Shown here: positions 1-9,617 of the stretch, one piece after another | How positions within the stretch are numbered: position 1 is the first letter of the stretch | Layout: each line of letters opens with the position of its first letter | Program-made: the position numbers and the translations under genes | NCBI RefSeq assembly: GCF_021184045.1 | Contig: NZ_CP073710.1 | Coordinates: forward strand, 970,685 to 1,002,684 | Direction of reading: 5' to 3' | Source: Methanococcoides orientis | GTDB lineage: Archaea > Halobacteriota > Methanosarcinia > Methanosarcinales > Methanosarcinaceae | DNA length: 32,000 nucleotides | The notes under the pieces: generated by a model | What the model was told of the DNA's origin: nothing | What the model saw: only the letters and a program-made list of their open reading frames with translations | The model's database searches: none

Positions 1-1248
1 TCGGGAAATGGAGGATTTTCTTTCCTTTTAACTGAAGACACCATGTACCCCAGATTGCGCATAAAGCAACTCAAGGGGAAGACCTACAACGTAGAGTTCA
101 CTAAAGCACGAAGAAAATCCGTAAAAAAAGGTAACTTCAAGGGTCACTTTTTAGATGTACAGCACCTGGCTTGCATACTTACCGATAGTAAGTCGTTGTC
201 ACTTGAGAGTGCTTGTGAAATGTTTGACACGCAGATAAAGAAAAAAGCAGAAAAAGAACATGGCAAAGTAACACCAAGGTACATAGAATACAACATTAAA
301 GATGTGAAAGCAACCTACGAGGTATTCCAAAAAGTACGGGAAGAGTTCAATAAATATCAGCTGAACATCCCGATGACAAAGGTGTACTCAGCCGCCTCTC
401 TGGGTAAGCAGGCGTTGAGACAATGCAGTCTTAAATCATTTTCAGAACAAAACCCTAAATTTCCCAGAAAAATCATAGGTAATATCATGGGTGCATACTA
501 TGGGGGCAGATGTGAAGTAAAGGTACGCAAAACCCCGGTCAAAGTAACAGTACTTGACTTCTTTAGTATGTATCCTACTGTGATGCTTCTCCTGGGTCAC
601 TGGGAGTTTCTCATTGCAGCAAAAATGCGATACAAAACTGATACCAAAGCAGTACAGGAATTCATTGATAACTTAACATTGGAAAAAGCTTTAGACAAAG
701 ATTCCTGGAAGCAAATGAATGTACTTGTTGAATTGCAACCAGATGATGATATCTTTCCAGTACGAACCAATTATGCTAATCAAGATACACGCAATATAGG
801 GATAAATCATATCACATACAAAGATTCACTTTATTATTTCCTGCCAGACGTACTTGCTTCAAAGCTTCTCGCAGGAAAATCACCACGAATCAAGAAAGCA
901 ATCCGATTTATTCCGGAAGGTGTTCAGAAAGGCCTGACTGAAACACAGATTTATGGCATTAAGATAGATCCGAAAAAGGATAATCTCATCAAATGCTTGG
1001 TGGAACACAGACAGGAAATAAAAAATGAAATGAGAGAAGTTGCAATAGATTCACATGATTACGAGATATTAGACTCCCAGCAAAGAGCAGTAAAAATTGT
1101 TAATAACTCAACGTCATATGGGATTTACCTAGAAGTAAACCCAAAAGAGGATGTTGAAGAATTAGAAATATTTAGCAACGCCAATTTCGATTCAATTGGT
1201 AAATATGAGCCACCTGGAGTTTTTTTTCCACCCCATAATCGGTGCTAA
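1..1248 (+). pseudogene. Family B DNA polymerase (protein-primed-like), N-terminal/middle fragment; 5' end lies outside the window; frame lost in T8 run at 1220-1227
   Basis: Frame 1 is open from nt 1 (SGNGGFSFLLTEDT precedes the listed Met at 43). Exo III-like motif YNIKDVKATY. Motif A-like VLDFFSMYPTVM (~nt 551-590). Motif B-like KIVNNSTSYGIY (~nt 1093-1128). The ORF ends 20 nt after the T8 homopolymer. Confidence 0.85.
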
Positions 1249-2515
1249 TATAACTGCAGGGTCTCGCCTTCTGCTTGCAATTGCTGAAAGATTTGTTCTG
1301 GAAAAAGGAGAGCTTCACACATACATGGACACGGATTCAATCTTTGTTCCTCCGCATCTTGCAGAGGAATTGAGTCATCTGTTCGATTCCTTAAATCCCT
1401 ACGACTTTGATAAACCCATCCTTGAGATTGAAGACGGGATGGATGATATCTGGTTCTATGGAATCAGTTCAAAGAGGTACTGCTTGTTCCATAAGGATGG
1501 GAAAGAGATCGTCATTCCTGGTGGAAAGAAGCTGTTCTATAAACTGCATGGTTTAGGACATATCACAAATCCTTTCAGCAGAGAACTTTGCGAAAAAGAT
1601 CATTGGCACAAACAGATTTGGTTGGATATACTCAAAGTCTATTACAATCCCGAACTTTTGAGTGGAATATTGGAGAAATACGAGAACTATTCAGTAATAT
1701 CGAACCTTTCAATCACCACAGCAAACCTCCACCGCAGATTTGAAAAACTGAACGATGGAAAATCTTTTGACAAACAGATAAAGCCATTTAACTTTATGCT
1801 TGTAGGGCAGGGGACTGTATCAAATAAAAAAGGTAGATCAGCTGTGCAGATAAAACCTATTACACCATTCAGCAAAAATCCTCAAGAAATCGTTGAATTG
1901 CCTTTTATCGACTATAAAACAGGAGATATTCTCCAAGGGAGACATTACTGGAAACCGCTCAGCGATGTTTTTGATAAATATATAAGTCACCCTGAAACCA
2001 AATTCGAGGGCGACATTGGTGTGCTCAAAAGAAGGCATCTGAATCCCAAAGGATGCATATACGTTGGTAAGGAATCCAACAACATAGATATGCAATGTCT
2101 TGAACAGTCGCAACTAGAAACATTCTATGACCTGGAATCACTGCAGGAGTATATACTTAATTTAACTCCCTCAAAGGCTAAAGAAATAGGGGTTAGCAAG
2201 AGTACTCTATTTAGTATGAAAATGAGAATAAAATCCCAAAAACTAAATCTCAATACATCAGCGGTGAAGAAACTTCTGGAGCATTTCTACAATGAAACAG
2301 AGAGCGTCTGTCCAGAGAAAAGACTACTTCAATCAGGTTACGATATGAATGATGTGATTAACTATGTTCGCAATCTAACTCCGAAAGAGGCAAAATCAAT
2401 TGGGATAAAGTACAGGAGTACACTCCAAAATCTAAAGAAAAGGGCTGAGCAGGGACAATTAAACCTTAACACATCAATAATGGATAAAGTTGTCACGCAT
2501 CTTCTGAATTGTTGA
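1196..2515 (+). pseudogene. Family B DNA polymerase, C-terminal fragment (palm motif C, KxY, thumb) plus two C-terminal HTH-like repeats
   Basis: The frame-2 ORF continues the polymerase directly after the T run with HPIIGANITAGSRLLLA. Motif C is YMDTDSIFV and the KxY motif is SSKRYCLF. Removing one T from 1220-1227 joins both ORFs as ...PPGVFFHPIIGANITAG... The listed Met at 1196 is probably not a real start. Confidence 0.85.
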
Positions 2516-2822
2516 AAACTCATGCGAGTGGGTTTACAACAAAAAGGTGCTATCTCATTTTTCGTATGGGATGGACCTGTATACTTAATTTTTAAATTAT
2601 TTTATTAGCCTGATCCTTTTTTATGTTGATAGTTAGTTTAATATATTAAACGATACTTACTTTAATATACAGATTAGTTATTACTTTTCGGCTATAGATA
2701 AGATGGCCATGGAATTTAAATGAAAATTCATGAAAAGTAATGTATGAGAAACCTGAAATTCAAAAGAAGGTACGTCAATGTTCACAGATAAAATAGCACA
2801 CAGTAATTATGTGGTGATCTGA

Positions 2823-2963
2823 ATGCGTTCTAAAGTAACTACGCAGATAGACGCTGACATTAAGTTGCTCTTTGATTCCACAAAAAAAGTACATGGGAAA
2901 TCTTACAGTGAAGTGCTTGAAAATGGAATACAAGAAATGTTGCGTGAGATCAAACCCATATAG
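2823..2963 (+). CDS. Small ribbon-helix-helix (CopG/Arc-like) protein, 46 aa (not in ORF track, below its length cutoff)
   Basis: My own translation is MRSKVTTQIDADIKLLFDSTKKVHGKSYSEVLENGIQEMLREIKPI. It shows a short N-terminal beta-strand pattern (KVTTQID) followed by two amphipathic helices split by a Gly-containing turn. The stop at 2961-2963 lies 3 nt before the ATG of the next ORF. Fold assignment is by pattern only. Confidence 0.45.
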   Translation: MRSKVTTQIDADIKLLFDSTKKVHGKSYSEVLENGIQEMLREIKPI

Positions 2964-2966
2964 ATA

Positions 2967-3287
2967 ATGAAAACCGAAATATCATATCTTAAAAGTTTAA
3001 TCGGTTTAGAAGAAGATAAAAATCAATATTTAAAGGGAACTAAACTGCAAAAGAATGATGATTCAGATATAATAGATCGGATAGGACAATTGAAACAGCA
3101 GATAGAACATGAATTGGAAACAATGCGCTTCCGTCTGTTTAATCTTACAAAAGACTTGATGTTAAGTATTGTAAAGGATGATTCAACAGACTGGTATTTT
3201 TATGCTCGCATTTACTCCTTTGATTCAGGGAATAAGGCAAAAGAGTGGGTTGTTGATAAGCTGAAATCTGAAGGTATGCTTCAATAA
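2967..3287 (+). CDS. Hypothetical protein, 106 aa, no family recognised (coiled-coil-like N-half, aromatic-rich C-half)
   Basis: ORF tightly coupled to the upstream RHH-like ORF. It is convergent with cas3, whose stop lies 11 nt away. No motif I can name. Confidence 0.55.
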   Translation: MKTEISYLKSLIGLEEDKNQYLKGTKLQKNDDSDIIDRIGQLKQQIEHELETMRFRLFNLTKDLMLSIVKDDSTDWYFYARIYSFDSGNKAKEWVVDKLKSEGMLQ

Positions 3288-3298
3288 AGATAGTATTT

Positions 3299-5953
3299 TT
3301 AAATAATAACTCCAATCATTGGGTTTTTTATTTCTTCTTTCAATTTTTCTAATCGTAAGCCATCTGTAAATGAATAATATTGTAAAAACTTTGGAGTTGA
3401 TAAAATAATATCAAATTTTTCATCTTTCTCTATTAGCCCTTCAGTCATAAGATATCCCAATATATCTTGACCATGAGCTTTATTTTTTATATTGATTATT
3501 GAAATAATGAATTGGTTGAGGAGACTAGTAATTTTTCTTCTGAGATATATATCTTTAAACTTATCAGTTGATGTTATGATTTCTTTCCAGACTTTGTATA
3601 CATTCTCAGTTACTACTTTCCCATTGCATATGATTTTATATTTTTTTTCTAACTTCTGAATTTCTGAATCACTTATAATAGACTCAATGTTATATCTGTC
3701 ATATTCTGACAGAAACTCTAGTGGAATGTCCTCACATACAAAAATATCTATTTTATCTAATTTATCATCAATTACATTCAGCTCATTGTTTATCGTTTGA
3801 TAATGTAGATCATTTATTTCACGATTTATTTTTTCAAATGAATCCTTTGCTATTTTTTTTAATTCATCTGATAAAATATGATAGTATTCATCGAATCTTT
3901 TGCAGATTAATATTTCTTTCATGTCGTTTTGGCTAATTTTTCTGGGGCTCAATATTTTGTATCGTTCTTGATCGGAATATATCTTCTTAGAATCTGCAAC
4001 TTTGCCATCTTTGTATTTTATGACGAAGAGTTTTGAAATACTTGCTTTCTTTTCATTACATTCTCTATTTATTCGTCCAGATATCTGTTCGATGCTATCT
4101 ATTATAGAGTAATCTCTAATACCAAAGTCGCAATCAATATCAACGCCTGCTTCTATAGATTGAGTCGAAACGATTATTATTCGTTCTTCTCTAGATTTAT
4201 TCTTTAGTTCCTCGATTAGTTTCTTTCTTCGCAAATTCGAGATGGTGCTATTCAACAAACAAAAAGAAAAATCATTAAACATTATATCAGAGGTCAGTTC
4301 TTCATATACTTTTCTTGAAGTATCAACCACATTTAAAGTTACAAGAACTTTTACGCTCCCTGTTTGGTAATTTGTGTTAATTTCTTCGATTAACAATTGT
4401 TTAATGCCCTCCATATCATTAATATCTAGTCTAAAATGAATTTCATTTCTTTTAAACAATTGATGGTTGTAATATTTTTGGGGATTACTGATTACTTGTG
4501 GAATTGCAGCATCATCTAAAAAAGAATTCAAATTCGGAAGTGTTGCACTCATAACAATGTAATATATATTAAAATTTTTACTTGTTTCACTGATAAAATT
4601 ATAAAAAACTCTTATATTTTTATCACTTAAGGTTTGTATCTCATCAATAATAACTATACTGTTGCATAAGTTAGCTATTTTATAACGATTGGTGCCACCA
4701 GTTTTTATGAAACAGTTGAAAAAGTTTACATTTGTAATTACATTTACACAATTATTTAAAAAATTATCATCCCGAATTATCATCATCTGCTTTAATTTAG
4801 AAATTGAATCTTCATCACCCATATCACGATATTTATCGACATATGCTCGCGAGTATATGTCTGAAACAAGACCTACTTTGTGAGGGAAGAACGAGTTTTC
4901 GAATAATGCATCATTTATAGCTTTGTAGTTCTGTTCTATAATATTGATGTAAGGAAATACATAAAACAAGCGCTTAACATTTTGATCATAGTCGAGAATA
5001 TTTAACGCCATTTTCATAGAAATATTTGTCTTCCCACCACCTGTAGGAATTGCCAACATAAATATTTTATTTCCTTCTTTTAGAAGTTTATTTGTACTTT
5101 TGTTGCATTCAATTAATATTTCTCTTCGCAGTTCATTTATATCATTGCAACAAGAATAATTTTTAAATTCGATTTGATCAATATCTGAGTTGTATGGTAT
5201 CTTTGAATAAGATTTGATCATTTTTTCTCGGATGTCTTGGTTTATAGTGTTTAAGGAGTACATCTCGTTCAATGAGTATGTGTAATGTAACGTTGAATAA
5301 GAATCGCTGAGAACAAGCAATGAATAAAGGAGCTTTACCAAAAGGAAGATTTTACTCCACTCAAAATTGCTCTTGAAAAATTCTCTTTTATTATCTTCGA
5401 GGAGTACTAACTCTCCAACATCTACTAAATGAAGAATTTTTTGAATAAGTTCTTTTTCTTCACGTGATGTGTCATCATCTTTAACGTGAAAATTAGTTAA
5501 ACTACTATGATGGGACCTAATAATATTAGCAAGTAAGTAGATAATCCCATGAGAATTTGGAAATTTTTTTAGTAAAAAAGAAGTTAATATTTTTTCTGAA
5601 AAAAGACTGTGATAGCTATTTCCTGATATCTTATTTCCTTTTACTTTCGCTATTTGGAAATTTGGATTTAGTTTTCCAACATCATGATAATATATTCCAT
5701 AAAGTATAATCTGCTTGATTTTATTTTGTTGTTTTTCTCCAAAAAGGTCGGAAATTAATTCGTCAAGTATAGGCTCAAGTTCCAATTTATCGATTATATG
5801 TAAAAAATATTTACCACATAATTCCAAATGATCTTCCAGGAATTCCAGATTATCTCCTTGTCTGTGAGCAGAATAAAATTGGTTGCATGGAACTAAGCTC
5901 TTATCCAAGATTATGAATAATTCATTGAAAGTATCAGAAGACATAGTAGACAT
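3299..5953 (-). CDS. cas3: CRISPR-associated helicase/nuclease Cas3 (HD domain fused to SF2 helicase)
   Basis: HD motifs YYHDVGKLNPNFQ and SHHS. Helicase motif I PTGGGKT, motif II IIDEIQ, motif III MSATLP, motif VI QISGRINR. Last gene of the cas6-cas8b-cas7-cas5-cas3 string. Confidence 0.93.
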   Translation of the reverse strand: MSTMSSDTFNELFIILDKSLVPCNQFYSAHRQGDNLEFLEDHLELCGKYFLHIIDKLELEPILDELISDLFGEKQQNKIKQIILYGIYYHDVGKLNPNFQIAKVKGNKISGNSYHSLFSEKILTSFLLKKFPNSHGIIYLLANIIRSHHSSLTNFHVKDDDTSREEKELIQKILHLVDVGELVLLEDNKREFFKSNFEWSKIFLLVKLLYSLLVLSDSYSTLHYTYSLNEMYSLNTINQDIREKMIKSYSKIPYNSDIDQIEFKNYSCCNDINELRREILIECNKSTNKLLKEGNKIFMLAIPTGGGKTNISMKMALNILDYDQNVKRLFYVFPYINIIEQNYKAINDALFENSFFPHKVGLVSDIYSRAYVDKYRDMGDEDSISKLKQMMIIRDDNFLNNCVNVITNVNFFNCFIKTGGTNRYKIANLCNSIVIIDEIQTLSDKNIRVFYNFISETSKNFNIYYIVMSATLPNLNSFLDDAAIPQVISNPQKYYNHQLFKRNEIHFRLDINDMEGIKQLLIEEINTNYQTGSVKVLVTLNVVDTSRKVYEELTSDIMFNDFSFCLLNSTISNLRRKKLIEELKNKSREERIIIVSTQSIEAGVDIDCDFGIRDYSIIDSIEQISGRINRECNEKKASISKLFVIKYKDGKVADSKKIYSDQERYKILSPRKISQNDMKEILICKRFDEYYHILSDELKKIAKDSFEKINREINDLHYQTINNELNVIDDKLDKIDIFVCEDIPLEFLSEYDRYNIESIISDSEIQKLEKKYKIICNGKVVTENVYKVWKEIITSTDKFKDIYLRRKITSLLNQFIISIINIKNKAHGQDILGYLMTEGLIEKDEKFDIILSTPKFLQYYSFTDGLRLEKLKEEIKNPMIGVII

Positions 5954-6698
5954 TACCTTCCGACATAATGAAATTCTCTGGATTCTTCAATTGTACCTTG
6001 CATTCTTTTTGTGGTATTGCCATTAGGTTATAAGTATACTTGAAATTATCATCAAAATCTACTGGAAGCATTTCAAGTTTTATATTGCCATTACCTTCTT
6101 TTTCTAGCTCATAGAAGGGGAAGATACTAGAGCACACCGTTTCTTTTCTAGAATTTATCTCATAATCTTTTAATGAAATATATTGAATATTCGCAAAAAA
6201 TTCATTTTTACCGAGATATATGTGAAAAACACTACGGTTATTCTGAATATTTTTAATTATTACTTTATGCAGTTCATTACTTTCGTCCAGCAGTAAGCCA
6301 ATTTCGTAATCTGGGTATAAAATCACCTGTTCATTTATAATTACGTTTGGAGAATCGGTGTCTTTTCTATTGTTCAGGAAACTGTTCAAGCTGTTATAAT
6401 TCACCGTAAATTTTCTATCAGAAATATTGTTAGACTTAATGAAAACTTTCAAATCACCAATTTTAGAATAAAATTCAGGTTCAATGGTCCTGTTTTTATA
6501 TCCTCCAAGACCAGCAATTGAACCAATAAGTCCCAGTAACTGAGGTTTTGGAATGATGGAATACGTGTTCCTGAAGCGATTGCTTATGGGTTGATTAAAA
6601 TGAGCAAAATTTCCATACAATCTAAAAGTCAGGAGTTTATTTGATTTATTGCCAATCTTATATTCTCCTGATGAAGAGTATTCCAGCTTTTGAGTCAT
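5934..6698 (-). CDS. cas5: CRISPR-associated protein Cas5, type I-B
   Basis: N-terminal Cas5 signature LTFRLYGNFAHFNQP...PKPQLLGLIGSIAGLGG. The ORF track starts at a GTG at 6722. I prefer the ATG at 6698 (MTQKLEY), which is preceded by AGGTG. It overlaps the cas3 start by 20 nt. Confidence 0.88.
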   Translation of the reverse strand: MTQKLEYSSSGEYKIGNKSNKLLTFRLYGNFAHFNQPISNRFRNTYSIIPKPQLLGLIGSIAGLGGYKNRTIEPEFYSKIGDLKVFIKSNNISDRKFTVNYNSLNSFLNNRKDTDSPNVIINEQVILYPDYEIGLLLDESNELHKVIIKNIQNNRSVFHIYLGKNEFFANIQYISLKDYEINSRKETVCSSIFPFYELEKEGNGNIKLEMLPVDFDDNFKYTYNLMAIPQKECKVQLKNPENFIMSEGNVYYVF

Positions 6699-6718
6699 GT
6701 AAGCACCTGATAAATTAG

Positions 6719-7603
6719 TCACTTCTCACTCGATTCCAGGGAATAAATATTTTTGACTTTATTGCTGTATTGCTCAAGTGAATCGTCAATGATTTCCTCT
6801 TTTATAATATCTATAACCTTTGAGTAATCTACAATCATTTCACCCTCTGATTCATAGACATCTACCAATGAGTTTAGGTTGTTGAAAATCCGATCATTTT
6901 TGTTCTTAAACCAAAGCGTGCTTACCGTTTCACAGCCAAACATGGTGGTGGAAGTTATTTCTCCCACTGCATATTTCAATGCATTTTTAAGTTTTTTGAT
7001 ATCATCATCCGACACTTTAATTCCTTGTTTCTCTGCAGAATTCATGTTAAGGCAGATGTCATATACGTAGTAAACGTCGTCTGCTCTGGCTTCATTTCCT
7101 ATTGTTGTCTTCTGAGCATCCTGGCTTTTCTCATTTGGATTTCTATAAGGGGACAATATATCGGAAGAATATATATTGGATCCATCTAACCTGTTCACAC
7201 CATAATTGATCTGACAAGGGCCTGTCATAGAAATATTACGTGTATCATCGCCACTGATTGCAAATACAACTCCAAACAATCGAACATCTATGAAACCTTT
7301 GAGGTCGCTAATAATCTCACTTTCATCTTTAGGCAGGGCACCTTTGTCACATTTTTTGAAATAATTCTCTTTTAATGTAAGGTATCGTTCTACCACTTCA
7401 TCCTCATTGCTTTTTTTATGAAACTCCTTGGTTCTCTGAACGAACACAGGTTCTTTTTTTGAAAGATACTCTCTTAAGCAATACTTCAACGCTTTATCAG
7501 TAGCAAATATCCTCCCGCTAGGCAGCCTTCTAGGGAGACCATCAAAACCTGCATTGAAACTCGCATTCTTTGCGTTTACAACAACCAAACCATTGTAGTT
7601 CAT
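6719..7603 (-). CDS. cas7: CRISPR-associated protein Cas7 (type I-B backbone subunit, Csh2-like)
   Basis: 294 aa, located between cas8b and cas5. The N-terminus VVNAKNASFNAGFDGLPRR...ATDKALKYCLR resembles the Cas7 RAMP N-terminal region. Its start directly abuts the cas8b stop. Confidence 0.8.
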   Translation of the reverse strand: MNYNGLVVVNAKNASFNAGFDGLPRRLPSGRIFATDKALKYCLREYLSKKEPVFVQRTKEFHKKSNEDEVVERYLTLKENYFKKCDKGALPKDESEIISDLKGFIDVRLFGVVFAISGDDTRNISMTGPCQINYGVNRLDGSNIYSSDILSPYRNPNEKSQDAQKTTIGNEARADDVYYVYDICLNMNSAEKQGIKVSDDDIKKLKNALKYAVGEITSTTMFGCETVSTLWFKNKNDRIFNNLNSLVDVYESEGEMIVDYSKVIDIIKEEIIDDSLEQYSNKVKNIYSLESSEK

Positions 7604-9505
7604 TTAATTATCCTCCTGTTGTGTAGATTCACGTTCTTCTTTTTCTTTTGTGGAAGAATAGAGATAGTTATCATCAAAGTAGCCTGTGTACAGAGAAATC
7701 TTGTTGTCCTCATATGACTTTTTGAATTCGAATGCTAGGACATTTTTAGTCAGATTGTGAAATCTCCGATTATTGTCAAGATATTCGTTATGAGAATACT
7801 TTTCAAGTACTGAAATTAACTTCTTTTTTAGCATGTCCATATTATGAACATTCATAGTATATTTTGTGAAGAGGTTTAACTTGTTCTTTCCTTTGTATTC
7901 CTGAACTAAGTAGTAAAATGCTTGTCCCATGCAGTAACTCGCTTCGAAATCATTCTCTATTTCAAAAGAGTCATTATCTTTCATTTTTTCTTTTAAAGCC
8001 ATGTATTCTGTAATGGTTTCGCCCCCGTTAGGTTCTATGTTTAGATACTTGTAGTAGATTGTAAGGAAGAAGCGGATTTTGTTAGGTCCGATCTTCATGT
8101 CATCACGAAGACCTGAATTTGTGATTAACTCAGAAAGCATTTCTCTGAATAGCTTTGAATAAATACAATCCTCAAAAAGGGAAACATCTTGAAAATACAA
8201 AAAGTTCCTAATAATTGAGTTGTATTCTATAATTTTCAGTTTAAGGAAAGGATGAAGTGTATCTCTCAACTTTTTCGGATTCTTTTCAAACAAGGACCCT
8301 ATAAGATTATTGTTAAAAATCAAGTTTAATTCTCTCAAAAATATTGATTTATCCCTTTCATTTTGAATGTATCTGATTGCTCCCTTCTTATTTTTATCAG
8401 GAAGCTCCTTTAAAGTTGAGTGTATCGAGATATCTTTAATATTAATAGTTGGTTTTATATTTTGAAGGTAGTAATTGAAATTATTAACATATGTGAATTC
8501 TATATCCTCAAGTTTCGGATTGGCAATCATCATCACATAATCAAATTCCTGAGATCGATTCCTGTCGTACAAAGATTTTAACATTTTTAAGATTCCAATA
8601 GGATCAGAAGAATAATCTCTGTAATCACTTGTCTCAACTGTTACAGTTGTGGGAAACACGTATCTGTAAAACTTGTATTTCTTGATGTATTCAAAATAAT
8701 CATAAATTTGTTTGGAACATTTTTCACATAAATTGAAATTTTCCGAACTTTTTGATTTCAAGTTAGACTTAAATCTTGTAGGATGCCTAAGAAGAAATTT
8801 CCTGTCTTTGGCCAGATCAAATATATTTCCAAAAGTCAACATATAAAGCTGACCCAATTCTCCACAGCTATCACAGTTTCCTTCAAATGTATTATATTTC
8901 AGAATTTTTTGCAGGGTATACTCTTCGATAGTAGCAATATAACTATCAATATCAGATTCATTTACAAGGAAAACGATTAAGTCATTTTCCCGTAGACCAA
9001 AAGTATTTTCAGGGTTTCTTGTATCAAAATTTCTAAAAAAACTCTCAACTCTATCACAGAGATTTGGGAATTGATTATAATACTCAGTTTTCTTGACTGA
9101 ATCTCTAAAAGAATCAACTTTTTTAGAAGGGATTTTTATAACCACATTTCCGTTTGGATGCTGTCGATTTATATTATCTTCATTTTTATCGAAGAAAACA
9201 TTAGTAAGTTTATAATGAGTGGGTGAATGACTTAAAAGTGCAGAATTGCTTCCAATATTGTTACTTCCTTTACGAGTGGGTCGCACAAACTTACTAGTAA
9301 AATATACAAGAGGATATTTTTCTAACAGTAAGATATCGTTTACCTCTTCTTCAATATCTGATCCACTAATAACAAATGGTGAGTCGCTTAAATTCGGAGG
9401 TACAATCAAAATTTTGGTCGTTTCATTTTTGGGTTCGGATTCATCTTCATTCAATAAAGCGTTATAGTCTTCTTCAGTAAACAAATTTACAATAAAATTG
9501 TACAT
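7604..9505 (-). CDS. cas8b: CRISPR-associated large subunit Cas8b, type I-B
   Basis: ~633 aa ORF in the canonical large-subunit position between cas6 and cas7. Cys4 cluster CDSC...CEKC. I prefer the ATG at 9505 (MYNFIVN), preceded by GGAGG, over the listed start at 9529. No separate cas11 gene is present. Confidence 0.78.
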   Translation of the reverse strand: MYNFIVNLFTEEDYNALLNEDESEPKNETTKILIVPPNLSDSPFVISGSDIEEEVNDILLLEKYPLVYFTSKFVRPTRKGSNNIGSNSALLSHSPTHYKLTNVFFDKNEDNINRQHPNGNVVIKIPSKKVDSFRDSVKKTEYYNQFPNLCDRVESFFRNFDTRNPENTFGLRENDLIVFLVNESDIDSYIATIEEYTLQKILKYNTFEGNCDSCGELGQLYMLTFGNIFDLAKDRKFLLRHPTRFKSNLKSKSSENFNLCEKCSKQIYDYFEYIKKYKFYRYVFPTTVTVETSDYRDYSSDPIGILKMLKSLYDRNRSQEFDYVMMIANPKLEDIEFTYVNNFNYYLQNIKPTINIKDISIHSTLKELPDKNKKGAIRYIQNERDKSIFLRELNLIFNNNLIGSLFEKNPKKLRDTLHPFLKLKIIEYNSIIRNFLYFQDVSLFEDCIYSKLFREMLSELITNSGLRDDMKIGPNKIRFFLTIYYKYLNIEPNGGETITEYMALKEKMKDNDSFEIENDFEASYCMGQAFYYLVQEYKGKNKLNLFTKYTMNVHNMDMLKKKLISVLEKYSHNEYLDNNRRFHNLTKNVLAFEFKKSYEDNKISLYTGYFDDNYLYSSTKEKEERESTQQEDN

Positions 9506-9617
9506 ATTTCCTCCAAATCTACAACACACTATACCATTTCACTCTTCAAAACACTCTTGTGTATCATGACACCGTATCCTATGTACGCTTAAACATTTAC
9601 CAAGTAAGAGGAAATAT

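Noticed and set aside
1196-1248. Programmed ribosomal frameshifting as the normal expression mode of the PolB.
   Set aside because: I did not adopt it as the primary call. There is no obvious downstream stimulatory structure, and the lesion lies in a simple T8 homopolymer, where indels or sequencing errors are far more common. It is kept only as a low-prior alternative in the finding.
9506-9529. The 8-codon extension MCCRFGGN at the Cas8b N-terminus.
   Set aside because: The extension itself contains the GGAGG that serves as the Shine-Dalgarno for the ATG at 9505, so the shorter start is more plausible.
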